Below, in pieces: positions 17,821 through 26,265 of a DNA stretch of 64,000 nt. The stretch covers positions 32,001 to 96,000 of the forward strand of contig CAWCIZ010000004.1 in the NCBI GenBank assembly GCA_963795855.1. Direction: 5' to 3'. The position numbers and the translations under genes were made by a program. The notes beneath the pieces were generated by a model, which was not told the origin of the DNA, made no database searches, and was given only the letters and a program-made list of their open reading frames with translations. The DNA comes from Vulcanimicrobiota bacterium (GTDB lineage: Bacteria > Vulcanimicrobiota > Vulcanimicrobiia > Vulcanimicrobiales > Vulcanimicrobiaceae). Position 1 is the stretch's first letter, and the number at the start of each line of letters is the position of its first letter.

Positions 17821-18582
17821 TTAAGGCAAAAAGCGCGCTAACTCCTCGCTGTAGGTACGCCCTGACCGCAAACGTGTTCCGTTACGAAGAATGACGACAT
17901 ACTCGCCGTGGGCCCATGGCTCAAGCCGAAAAATTCGATCGCAGTTCACGGCGATAGACCGATGAATGCGAATGAAGCCGGCTGACTCCAAGCGGCCTAC
18001 AAGGTCGGAGAGCGTCTCACGTACTCGCACTTCCGCGTTACCGCTATGCAGAACCGTGTAATTGCCCTCACTTTCCAGCCAATCGATGTCCGACACATTA
18101 ATGAATTCAATGCCGTCGCCGCTGCGGAAGCTCAAACGTTCGAGGTTGCGGCGATCACTTAGTATTTGGAGCAAACGATCGAGCCGAGGGTCCGGTGCGG
18201 ACGGTGCAACGCCCAAGAGCCGCTCTCTCGCACGGCGGACGCTTTCATTCAAGCGAGTCGCGTCGTATGGCTTTAGCAGATAGTCCAGAGCACTGACTTC
18301 AAACGCGCGCAGGGCGTACTTATCGTATGCGGTAACAAAGATTACTGCCGGCGGGCGTTCTTCTGGGCCGAGCGAGGTAACGACATCGAAGCCGGTGAGA
18401 CGCGGCATCTGAACGTCAAGGAACAGCAGATCCGGACGCAACGCAGGAATCTTTTCGAGCGCCTCGCGGCCGTCAGCAGCCTCACCGACGATCTCGATAT
18501 CGCCGACATCAAGCAGCATGTGGCGCAAACGCCCTCGCGCCGCTTCTTCGTCGTCCACAATCAGCGCGCGTAGCGCCTTCAT
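17821..18582 (-). CDS. LytTR-family response regulator
   Basis: IVDDE, LFLDVQMP, FVTAYD, DYLLKP; LytTR FIRIHRS. Confidence 0.95.
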   Translation of the reverse strand: MKALRALIVDDEEAARGRLRHMLLDVGDIEIVGEAADGREALEKIPALRPDLLFLDVQMPRLTGFDVVTSLGPEERPPAVIFVTAYDKYALRAFEVSALDYLLKPYDATRLNESVRRARERLLGVAPSAPDPRLDRLLQILSDRRNLERLSFRSGDGIEFINVSDIDWLESEGNYTVLHSGNAEVRVRETLSDLVGRLESAGFIRIHRSIAVNCDRIFRLEPWAHGEYVVILRNGTRLRSGRTYSEELARFLP

Positions 18583-19700
18583 CGGCCGTTTCCAGCCGCC
18601 CGCCGGGGTAACTCGACGGTCACTGCTGTGCCGCCTTCGGGTCGGTTGGCGATTGTTAGAGACGCAAGCGCGCCATACATTTGCTCTAACCGCCGGCGCG
18701 TGTGGCCGATACCAATGCCCTCGCGCAGGGGTATGTCGAGGCTCAAGCCCTTCCCGTTGTCCACGACGTCTAAGCGCAGGCGGTCCCGCTCAGTTCGCGC
18801 ACTAACGGTAATTGCGATCGACGAGCGCCCCGAGTCCATGCCATGACGCACGCTGTTTTCTACCAGGGGTTGAAGCAGAAAATGCGGCACTCGCTCGTTC
18901 AGCACATCGTCGGACATGTCGACGTTAATCGAAAGGCTCTTGCCGAAACGCATGCGCATGATGTCTCTGTAGCGTTCGAGAAAATCCGCCTCCGCGGCCA
19001 GATGCACTTCCTGCGCATCGCTGTCGAGAGCCATGCGAAGCATTTCGCTCAAACGAATCAGCATTTGCTCCGCAGCGTCAGCATCGGTTCGAACGAGCGA
19101 CGCAATGGCGTTGAGCGTATTGAACAAGAAATGCGGGCTCAGTTGCGACCGGAGCGCTTCTAACTGCGCCTGCGATAATTGCGCTTCCAGGCGCGATGCA
19201 CGCAATTGCCGCTCTTGCGCAACGCGCGAGTGCTCGATTGCGGCGATCACGGCGAGAGTTGCGAGGTTTCCCATCGACACGGAATAGAAGTCATTTACAA
19301 TTCCGAACCAGTATGAATAATTCGAATGAAAAATGGCATTCTCGAGCGGAATGTACATCGCATACTTCGCGAACAGTCCAATGACGATGGCGCCTGTGTA
19401 AATCGCCGTTGTGGTGAGCGTGCCAAGCCGGGCTCGCGCAACGCGACGAACTAACAGTACGTACGGCAGGGTAAGCAGCGCACATGTGCCCCAGTCGAGT
19501 GCCGTTTCACCCCAAATCAAGCCCCAGCGCACCGGCAGCTTTTGGTACATGGCGGAGAAGCCCCACTGCGCGGCGCGCAGCGACGTAACGATTCCCCATC
19601 CGACGATCCAGAACAGGGTTTCTTTCAAGATGACGTTAGCGTTCGATCGAGCGGTTTTGCTCACAGTTCCATCATCCGAAAAGGTATCGCATGGCGCCAC
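18579..19700 (-). CDS. LytS/YehU-type sensor histidine kinase
   Basis: Four TM segments; LRSQLSPHFLFNTLN; LLQPLVENSVRHG; DNGKG; GIG. Start uncertain. Confidence 0.93.
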   Translation of the reverse strand: MAPCDTFSDDGTVSKTARSNANVILKETLFWIVGWGIVTSLRAAQWGFSAMYQKLPVRWGLIWGETALDWGTCALLTLPYVLLVRRVARARLGTLTTTAIYTGAIVIGLFAKYAMYIPLENAIFHSNYSYWFGIVNDFYSVSMGNLATLAVIAAIEHSRVAQERQLRASRLEAQLSQAQLEALRSQLSPHFLFNTLNAIASLVRTDADAAEQMLIRLSEMLRMALDSDAQEVHLAAEADFLERYRDIMRMRFGKSLSINVDMSDDVLNERVPHFLLQPLVENSVRHGMDSGRSSIAITVSARTERDRLRLDVVDNGKGLSLDIPLREGIGIGHTRRRLEQMYGALASLTIANRPEGGTAVTVELPRRAAGNGR

Positions 19701-21856
19701 GCATCTGGGACGAACCGGCCCTAGGGTGGGGTAGACCGCACCTCGGCCTGCGGCTCACCCCTCTGGCGTGCCCGTCTGCCACAAAACGGTATCGCGGGAT
19801 CCCAGTCGGCGTTAGACTGCAGCACATGTTCACGATAACAGTACCCGCCACAGCTCCGCCGCTGGCACCCTCAGGTCCAGCCGTAGGGTGGAACTTGGCT
19901 GCCAACGCGCCGCTTACGTGGGATGTCGACCATCGCGGCCGAGCAGGCGAAGCAACCGTAGCGCGTATTGCTACCGATGGCCGGTACATCTACGTTCGGT
20001 TCGATGCAACGCAGAGTGAGCCTATCGCCGCAGCACAACACAGCAACGATGTCGGACAGGGCAACGATGATGCGGTTTGGATAGATCTAGCGCCCGAAGG
20101 GCTGCGCGGATATTCCTATCAGTTTCAGGCCACGCCGAACGGCACACACTATGCGTTATCGACCGAGAATACTTCGTATTCGCCGAATTGGGAATCGTAC
20201 GGAAAGATCGGCTCGGGCGGCTACACAGTCACGATGAAGATTCCGCTCACTGTCATTCGCGGGGTTCACGCCGGCGAGTGGCTTGTGCAGTTCGTGCGTT
20301 ACGTCCACGCCACGGGCGCCCATTTTGTGTGGAGTTACGATGCCGCGCAAACGAATCCGGACGACTTCGCGCGCGCCGGCCACGCGGTCATGCCAGCGGC
20401 CATCGTAACATCGCTTCGGCGCCCGTCGCCGCGCGTGGCGCTGTACACGCTTGCAAATGCAACGACGCCGGCTTATGGCGGCACCACGTCGCGGTCTGGG
20501 GTTGATCTATCAGTACCGGTGACCCCGACCGCCTCATTTTACGCAACCTTTCATCCGGACAATTCCAACGTCGAGCTCGATCAGCAATCAATTTCGCCGA
20601 CCGTGTACCAGCGGTACTACAGTGAAGTACGCCCGTTCTTTACGCAGGCCGCGAACTTTTACGACACATTCAACTGCAATAACTGCGTGAACGAATCGAA
20701 TCTTTATACGCCCGCGATTCCAACCCCGCGGGAGGGTTATGCGCTGGAAGGCAAGCAGGGATATTTCGGTTTCGCTGCGTTTGATTCGCTCAGCAACGCC
20801 CGCAGCGATACGGCTAGCGTCTTAGACTATAACTCGCCGGACATGCGGTGGTCGGCAACCATTCAGCACGTCGGCGTCGCGATGCCGGGCCTGGTCGACA
20901 ATTCCACTGCCACGAGTGTTTCGTACTATGACCTCAAGCATGTTGGTCTTTACGCCGACGCTGGAACGGACGCGGGGACCAACGTTCTGAATGGCAGCCA
21001 AGCCCAGTGGTACGATGCCGGCGCGGACTGGGCAAGCAAGACCTTCGGCATTTATGGAGCGGTCCGCAAAGTCGGCGAGTACTATAATCCGGTCGACGGC
21101 TTCATCTCGCACCCCGGCATCGCCGGCTACGGTCTCTATGCCGCAAAAATCTTCGACTTCAGCGGCAGTTCTATCTTGGAATCCGCGGGTGTATCCGGGT
21201 TCTTTAGCCGATACCAGGGGCCCAGCGGCGGTCAAGCACAAAGTGGGAACAATCTTACATTCGACGTGCTCAGCAAGAGCGGCATCGACTTGCAACTATT
21301 GAGCGGCTCAAATTATTGGCGCTTCGGGAATGTCCTCGAGCCGATATCGCAAAATGGCGGCTTTTCGCTCACGTTCCATAGTGGCTTGCAAACGAATAAC
21401 CCGGGCTCCTTTCCGTATCACGGTTCCTCAACAACGCCGACCCAAATTCAGTTTTATACTGGACGTTATGGGCTCGGTCGACTCAATACGTGGTATCGCA
21501 CATCGACCATGCGCGCGGGTGATCACGGTCTATTGACGCTGGCCATCGATGACACCGACCAGAGCATTCCAGGCGGGCAACGCAATGTGCAGTGGTTTGA
21601 TAGTCTGAGCTACGCCTATCAGATCAGCGCGAATTCGTCACTTGCCGTCGGGCTGAGGCGGATAATTGGCTATGCGCCGACGCCAAACGGCGGTGGAAAC
21701 TGTGCAGGCGCATGCAGCAACATCTCGCTGGCATATCATTTGCGCTTGAACAGCAACGAGTTATATATGTCATATGGCGACCCCAATACACTGAGCACCG
21801 TCCCGCAGTTGCTATTTAAGATGATTTTTTACGCAGGCGGCCAGAAGGGAACCTAA
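19691..21856 (+). CDS. CBM9-like sugar-binding domain plus DUF5916-like beta-barrel protein
   Basis: DGRYIYVRF, DDAVWIDL, YQFQATPNG, GYTVTMKIP; HPDNSNVELDQ...YSEVRPFF. No clear signal peptide; the real start may be ATG 19826. Confidence 0.7.
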   Translation: MAPRIWDEPALGWGRPHLGLRLTPLACPSATKRYRGIPVGVRLQHMFTITVPATAPPLAPSGPAVGWNLAANAPLTWDVDHRGRAGEATVARIATDGRYIYVRFDATQSEPIAAAQHSNDVGQGNDDAVWIDLAPEGLRGYSYQFQATPNGTHYALSTENTSYSPNWESYGKIGSGGYTVTMKIPLTVIRGVHAGEWLVQFVRYVHATGAHFVWSYDAAQTNPDDFARAGHAVMPAAIVTSLRRPSPRVALYTLANATTPAYGGTTSRSGVDLSVPVTPTASFYATFHPDNSNVELDQQSISPTVYQRYYSEVRPFFTQAANFYDTFNCNNCVNESNLYTPAIPTPREGYALEGKQGYFGFAAFDSLSNARSDTASVLDYNSPDMRWSATIQHVGVAMPGLVDNSTATSVSYYDLKHVGLYADAGTDAGTNVLNGSQAQWYDAGADWASKTFGIYGAVRKVGEYYNPVDGFISHPGIAGYGLYAAKIFDFSGSSILESAGVSGFFSRYQGPSGGQAQSGNNLTFDVLSKSGIDLQLLSGSNYWRFGNVLEPISQNGGFSLTFHSGLQTNNPGSFPYHGSSTTPTQIQFYTGRYGLGRLNTWYRTSTMRAGDHGLLTLAIDDTDQSIPGGQRNVQWFDSLSYAYQISANSSLAVGLRRIIGYAPTPNGGGNCAGACSNISLAYHLRLNSNELYMSYGDPNTLSTVPQLLFKMIFYAGGQKGT

Positions 21857-21968
21857 CATGGCTCAAGTGCCAGCGCGTTGCATGCAAGGGGGCGATGCTG
21901 CGCCGTTTCGACAAATTCAGCTCGTGCGATCCTATGACCGACGTGCGCGTTCGTCGCGGATGGGAAAG

Positions 21969-22055
21969 CGGGAGCGTTGTCCAGAGATGCCGACCTTGAT
22001 TCGCTTGCTAATGGCGGCAACGGATCTCGTCTACCACGCCGTTTTTCACGACTAG
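21969..22055 (+). pseudogene. 3' remnant of a TetR regulator homologous to 12118-12204
   Basis: RER.SRDADLD|RLLMAATDLVYHAVFHD* versus RERWAREADLDRLLAAATDLVYRVVFHD*. Confidence 0.8.
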
Positions 22056-22175
22056 TGCCGTCCGCCATAGCGCGGAATCTTACGGCGACGATCTCGACGG
22101 CTGCACGCTCCTCCGACGTCGCTCCCGATACCCTTCGCAGCGATCGGCGCTTAAGGGCTTCCACGATAGACAGAA

Positions 22176-22743
22176 TTAGCCATGAGTCTCCAAAAGTCGC
22201 GCAAACAGGTTCATTGCTTTGCCGACTCGCGCGCGGTCGCTCGTTGCGCAGAGATCGAGGAGCAATCCGCGCGTCACGGCAAGGAGCAGCGTTGCCTCTA
22301 TGGTGCTAGTCTTCGGGCTGGCACCAAACCGTTCCGTAAGCTGCTGCCAGTAGGCTAGCGGATCTTCGAGGACTCCAGGGTAGTCGTTTGGATTTCGGAG
22401 CGCCAACGCGTACAGCTCGAGAATGAGTCGCTCGGCCGGCCGCGCTCGCGGTGCACTCAAGCGCTGCCACTGCCACCGCAAGAATTCGGGCAATGTGTGG
22501 CGTTTATTGCTCGCGGTCATCCACGCTTGGATGCGAGAGTCGCCAAGATCGCGCAGGCGCGCGAGGATCTGGCGCATGAGAGACTTCGCGCGAGCCGAAG
22601 TGGTAAATGAGCATGCGCGCATTTGTACGCAGCGCCTTGGCTAAGGTGCGAAGAGTGAGATCGTGCATCCCATGCGAGATAACGTAATCGACGGCTTGAT
22701 CGCACAGCTTTTCGCGGATATCCGGATTCGGCGGTCTGGCCAC
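22176..22743 (-). CDS. TetR family regulator (frameshift near 22590)
   Basis: MARPPNPDIREKL...LTLRTLAKALRTNARMLIYHFGSRE joins SLMRQILARLR...RGLLLDL; SD GGAGG before GTG 22743. Confidence 0.85.
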
Positions 22744-22761
22744 GAAAGTTCCTCCCTTGCT

Positions 22762-22789
22762 AGTTATTGTAACACCTGTTACAATAACT
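22762..22789. promoter_or_regulatory. Perfect 13-bp inverted repeat, TetR operator
   Basis: AGTTATTGTAACA-cc-TGTTACAATAACT in the 61-bp gap between the divergent TetR and ester cyclase genes. Confidence 0.85.
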
Positions 22790-22804
22790 GTCAGGAGAAC
22801 GACC

Positions 22805-23431
22805 ATGGAAAAGGTCATGGCTATCGCGCTTGTTGCGCTTTTACTTTCGGATGCTGCGACGAGTTCGGCGGCCTCGTCGACGGCGCAAACGGGGTCATCT
22901 CTTGAGGCCAAAAACAAAGCCGTCGCGATGCGGGTGTTTGACGAGATTTTCAATCAAGGCAGGTTCCGGGTTGCCGACGCAATCTACGGTAGCGATTTCG
23001 TAAATCACGGACTACACAAGAATTTCGACCTCGCCGAGGATCAGGCTGCGGTTCGCTGGGAGAAGGCAGTCGTTCCGGATTTGAAGATCACTGTCACTCG
23101 AATAGTAGCCGAGGGCGATTTGGTTTCGGTGGTGTGGACGGCGCGCGGGTCCAACACCGCATCGATTCTCGGCCTACCGGTGACTGGACTGAGCATCGAG
23201 GAGCCCGGTATCACCGTGTGGCGGATCGTCGATGGAAAGATTCGTGAGGAATGGACTTCATTCGACGAGATGCTGATCGTCCGAGAGATTATTGCGCAGT
23301 TGAGATGGCCATTGTTCGGACTTCTCGTCGGACTCGTCCTTCTTAGTTTGATGGGTTATAGGTTGGTCCGAAAGCTGCGGGTGATGCGTTTTATGCGTCG
23401 AGCGCGATCAAAGTCAAGTCTTACCATGTAG
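22805..23431 (+). CDS. SnoaL-like ester cyclase with N-terminal signal peptide and C-terminal TM
   Basis: NKAVAMRVFDEIFNQG...PDLKITVTRIVAEGDLV...GITVWRIVDGKIREEW; SD AGGAG. Confidence 0.85.
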   Translation: MEKVMAIALVALLLSDAATSSAASSTAQTGSSLEAKNKAVAMRVFDEIFNQGRFRVADAIYGSDFVNHGLHKNFDLAEDQAAVRWEKAVVPDLKITVTRIVAEGDLVSVVWTARGSNTASILGLPVTGLSIEEPGITVWRIVDGKIREEWTSFDEMLIVREIIAQLRWPLFGLLVGLVLLSLMGYRLVRKLRVMRFMRRARSKSSLTM

Positions 23432-23469
23432 ATTTTTCGCCGTAATTCTTTTTTTTGGCGAGTCGTAAA

Positions 23470-23958
23470 TCATAGGACCGCGACCGCGCTCACGATCAAC
23501 TCTCGCATTTTGAGAGCGATAGCGGGATACAGGTGCGGGAACACTGCAAGGGCTGCCAAGGCGATCAGCGCGACGTATGGACTAAACCACACAAAGTACG
23601 CCGAGCGCAGCACGAAGTTCACCGGCCCTCTACCGAACATCATCCGTGCGACCGTAACCGCCTCGTGAGTTCGTGCATTCAGTGGCACAACGTCGAACCA
23701 GGGAAGTTCGCGACCCATCGAGCGGTAATGCAGATGGTCCGCCTGGGTTGCTTGCAACCATGGACACAGCGTGTCCCGACCAAACGTGAAGAAGAAGCAT
23801 AAGCGTCGGCGCCGTTTCCAAACGTCGCTCTTGATGTATGAAAGATACTCGGGCGAAAACGAAGGGACGCGCGTTTGCGCGATCGTTCGGGCACTCACGC
23901 CAAAGGCCGCAAATAAGATCAGTAGTCCACCGCTGGCTACGAAGAACAAAGCTGTCAC
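23470..23958 (-). CDS. Membrane-anchored protein with a degenerate HNH-like domain
   Basis: TM - YLSYIKSDVWKRRR...QADHLHYRSMGRE...DVVPLNARTHEAV - TM. Start set at GTG 23958 (the ORF track gives 24195). Confidence 0.55.
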   Translation of the reverse strand: MTALFFVASGGLLILFAAFGVSARTIAQTRVPSFSPEYLSYIKSDVWKRRRRLCFFFTFGRDTLCPWLQATQADHLHYRSMGRELPWFDVVPLNARTHEAVTVARMMFGRGPVNFVLRSAYFVWFSPYVALIALAALAVFPHLYPAIALKMRELIVSAVAVL

Positions 23959-24329
23959 GCGGCTAGTATCGGCCGGTTCTGTTATGGGCTGGCGCCGGTA
24001 TCTGCACTGCGCACAGACTGCTAGGCTGCTATACATCAGCCTAGCAGCGGCTGACAGTCCGTTTACAGCCCTTAGGACACGCTCGTGGTTCGCCTGGCGC
24101 TGCAAAGCCGCCCCTTTTGCCAGGGCGCCCCGAACACGCTGCCGATACTCGGAAGAGGCATGAACTCCAATTTCGCGTTCTACGAGCGGCGCCAAGGAAA
24201 TCGTACACGTGCGTCGTTTGCAGAATACCCGAAAGAGCTTTGCTCCATCGAATTAGATCTGGACTTGAGACGGTGCTTAAATACGTGCGATTATGACGAC
24301 TTTCGCGCAAGTGTCGGAGATGATATGTG

Positions 24330-24423
24330 ATTTGTTAAGTTAAGCCACCCATGGCGCATTTCTCAACGGTAGGTCGATTTCTCACCGCTAAGTGTCGTTT
24401 CTCAAAGTTAAGTGTTTCTTACA
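24330..24423 (-). mobile_element. Tn7/Tn5053-type transposon end with putative TnsB (TniA) binding sites
   Basis: Reading inward: TGTAAGAA ACACTTAACTTTGAGAAAC GACACTTAGCGGTGAGAAAT CGACCTACCGTTGAGAAAT ...GGCTTAACTTAACAAAT. TTTCTCA at 24359, 24378 and 24398 on the + strand. Confidence 0.8.
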
Positions 24424-25286
24424 CCGCCGCCTACCAGCGCGGGCTGGCTGATCGTGTGATGCGGGAATCTGAACGGACGCGCGCGGACGATGCCGGGTCG
24501 AATGCCCAGCAGTCCGGCAACGCTGTAGATTTTGGTGACTTCCAGCGCCTCGGCCGACGACATGGGTGGAAGAATCGACGGCAGCCGCCGCGCGAGCATC
24601 GTTTTGCCGCAACCCGGCGGCCCGACGAAGAGTACGTTGTGCCCGCCTGCTGCCGCGATCTCCAATGCGCGCTTGCGCTCCGCTTTGCCCGCGCACGTCG
24701 GCAAAGTCGCCGTAAAAGCATTCGTCCGACGGCGCAGATGCCGGAACGAGGCCGCCGGGAAGCGCCATTTTTCCCGCTGCCCTGAATGACCGAAACCGCC
24801 GACTGCAATGAATCGATCGGCGTACAGCTCGATGCCTTCCACCAGCGCGGCTTCCTCCGCGTTGTCGGCCGGAACGATGAGTTTCGTAAAGCCGGCATTG
24901 CGCGCGCCGAGCACCATCGGCAAAATACCGTTGACCGGGCGGAGGGCGCCGTCGAGCGCGAGTTCGCCCAGCGCGCAGAAACTTTGAAGTGAGAGCCGGT
25001 CGATTTGCTCGTCGATTGCCATGAGCGCAAGCGCGATCGGCAGATCGAACGACGGGCCTTCTTTTCGCACGTCCGCGGGAGAGAGATTCACGAGCAATCG
25101 GCCTGCCGGAAACGCAAAGCCCGAGTTAAAAATGGCCGAGCGAACGCGCTCGCGAGCCTCGTTCAGCGCGCGGTCGGGAAGGCCGATGATGGCAATTGCG
25201 GGCGTGCCCGGCGAGCTGTCCGCTTCGACCCGTACGATATAGCCGTCGATTCCGAACATGGCGGCCGAAAAGGCAAGTGACAGCAC
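24424..25286 (-). pseudogene. comM: 5' part of comM/yifB (Mg-chelatase-like AAA ATPase), interrupted
   Basis: IGLPDRALNEARERVRSA, NLSPADVRKEGPSFDLPIA, GELALDG, GPPGCGKTMLARRLPSILP, RPFRFPHHTIS..ALVGGG. Homology stops there, before PGE.SLAH.GVLFLDE. Internal compensating frameshifts at 24690-24820. Confidence 0.92.
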
Positions 25287-25406
25287 GCGCTGCTATCACG
25301 CTTTGCGTTCCCTCCCGAAACGGATTAGGGCGAAAGCACTAGTGCGTCTTCTCAAGTTCGTAACACAGCGACCGCACAATTTCTTTACAAGCAAGGGGGC
25401 GGACAC

Positions 25407-26195
25407 ATGCAGTCAAGCAGAGAGGCGGGCCGGTGGGACCGCCAAAAGGCGAGGGAGGCTCTGCAGCGCTTTGCGGCGGCTCGTCGACGCGGTGTTCGCG
25501 ATGCGGAATACGAGCAGCTGCGCAGCGACGTCGTCGTGGCCCACTGGAACCTGGTGCGGTACCTCGCCTTGAAATTCGCGAACCGCGGCGAACCGCTCGA
25601 CGATCTTATGCAGGTCGGCATGCTCGCCTTAATCAAGGCGCTCGACCGCTTCGATCTCGACCGCGGCGTCGAGTTCATGACGTACGCAGCGCCCACTATC
25701 ATAGGCGAAATCAAACGCTATTTCCGCGACAAGGGCTGGGTGCTCAAGGTGCCGCGGCGGCTGCAGGAGTTGAATTCGGCGATTGCGCGCGCCATCGAGC
25801 ATCTGACGGTCGAAATGGGTCGTCCGCCCACGGCCGCGGATCTCGCGCGGCATCTGCACGCCACCGAAGAAGAAGTTCTCGAAGCGCAGGAAAGCGCGCG
25901 TGCGTACCGCGTCGTGTCGTTGGATGCGGCGGTTGTGAACGACGACCAGAGCCGGCGCTCTCTCGACCGCTACGTTGGAGCGGCGGACGCCCACCTCACG
26001 GAATTCGAGAACGCGTCGTACATCGGTCAGGCGTTGGATCATCTCAACCGTCACGAGCGCACGATCGTGTACTGGCGCTTTTACGAAAGTTTACCGCAGG
26101 CGGAAATTGCGCGCCGTCTCAACGTCTCGCAAATGCACGTCTCGCGCGTCCAGTACAAGGCGCTGCGAAAGATGCGTCAAGTACTCGTACAGTAG
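25407..26195 (+). CDS. SigB/SigF/SigG family RNA polymerase sigma factor
   Basis: NRGEPLDDLMQVG, RFDLDRGVEFMTYA.PTIIGEIKRYFRDKGW..KVPRRLQE, SQMHVSR. Confidence 0.93.
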   Translation: MQSSREAGRWDRQKAREALQRFAAARRRGVRDAEYEQLRSDVVVAHWNLVRYLALKFANRGEPLDDLMQVGMLALIKALDRFDLDRGVEFMTYAAPTIIGEIKRYFRDKGWVLKVPRRLQELNSAIARAIEHLTVEMGRPPTAADLARHLHATEEEVLEAQESARAYRVVSLDAAVVNDDQSRRSLDRYVGAADAHLTEFENASYIGQALDHLNRHERTIVYWRFYESLPQAEIARRLNVSQMHVSRVQYKALRKMRQVLVQ

Positions 26196-26265
26196 CGGTT
26201 CGGCAACAGGCGCCGCTCTCGCGCGAGCCGAACTGGAGCGCGGAGTTTTTCGTAAGAGGCGCCGC

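Larger units (their letters stand above)
1..24423. mobile_element. Tn7/Tn5053-like transposon or genomic island inserted in comM (one end and cargo only; continues beyond the left window edge)
   Basis: comM is cut at 24424 and directly abuts a TGT terminus with tandem 19-20 bp repeats. DNA to the left is more AT-rich by eye and holds a TA pair, small accessory genes and gene fragments. No transposase seen in the window. Confidence 0.75.

Noticed and set aside
19751..19781. LytTR direct-repeat boxes upstream of the CBM9 barrel gene
   Set aside because: CGGCTCACCC/CCGTCTGCCA match too poorly to call.
2700..23460. Integron cassette array
   Set aside because: Genes are in mixed orientation with their own promoters. 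No paired RYYYAAC/GTTRRRY attC sites found by eye (ACCTAAC at 21851 has no partner) and no integrase.
23990..24320. Transposase remnant next to the transposon end
   Set aside because: No DDE, TnsA or TniQ-like motif recognised in the short ORFs.
25407..26195. Sporulation locus
   Set aside because: A lone SigB/F-type sigma factor with no spoIIAA/AB or other spo genes nearby.
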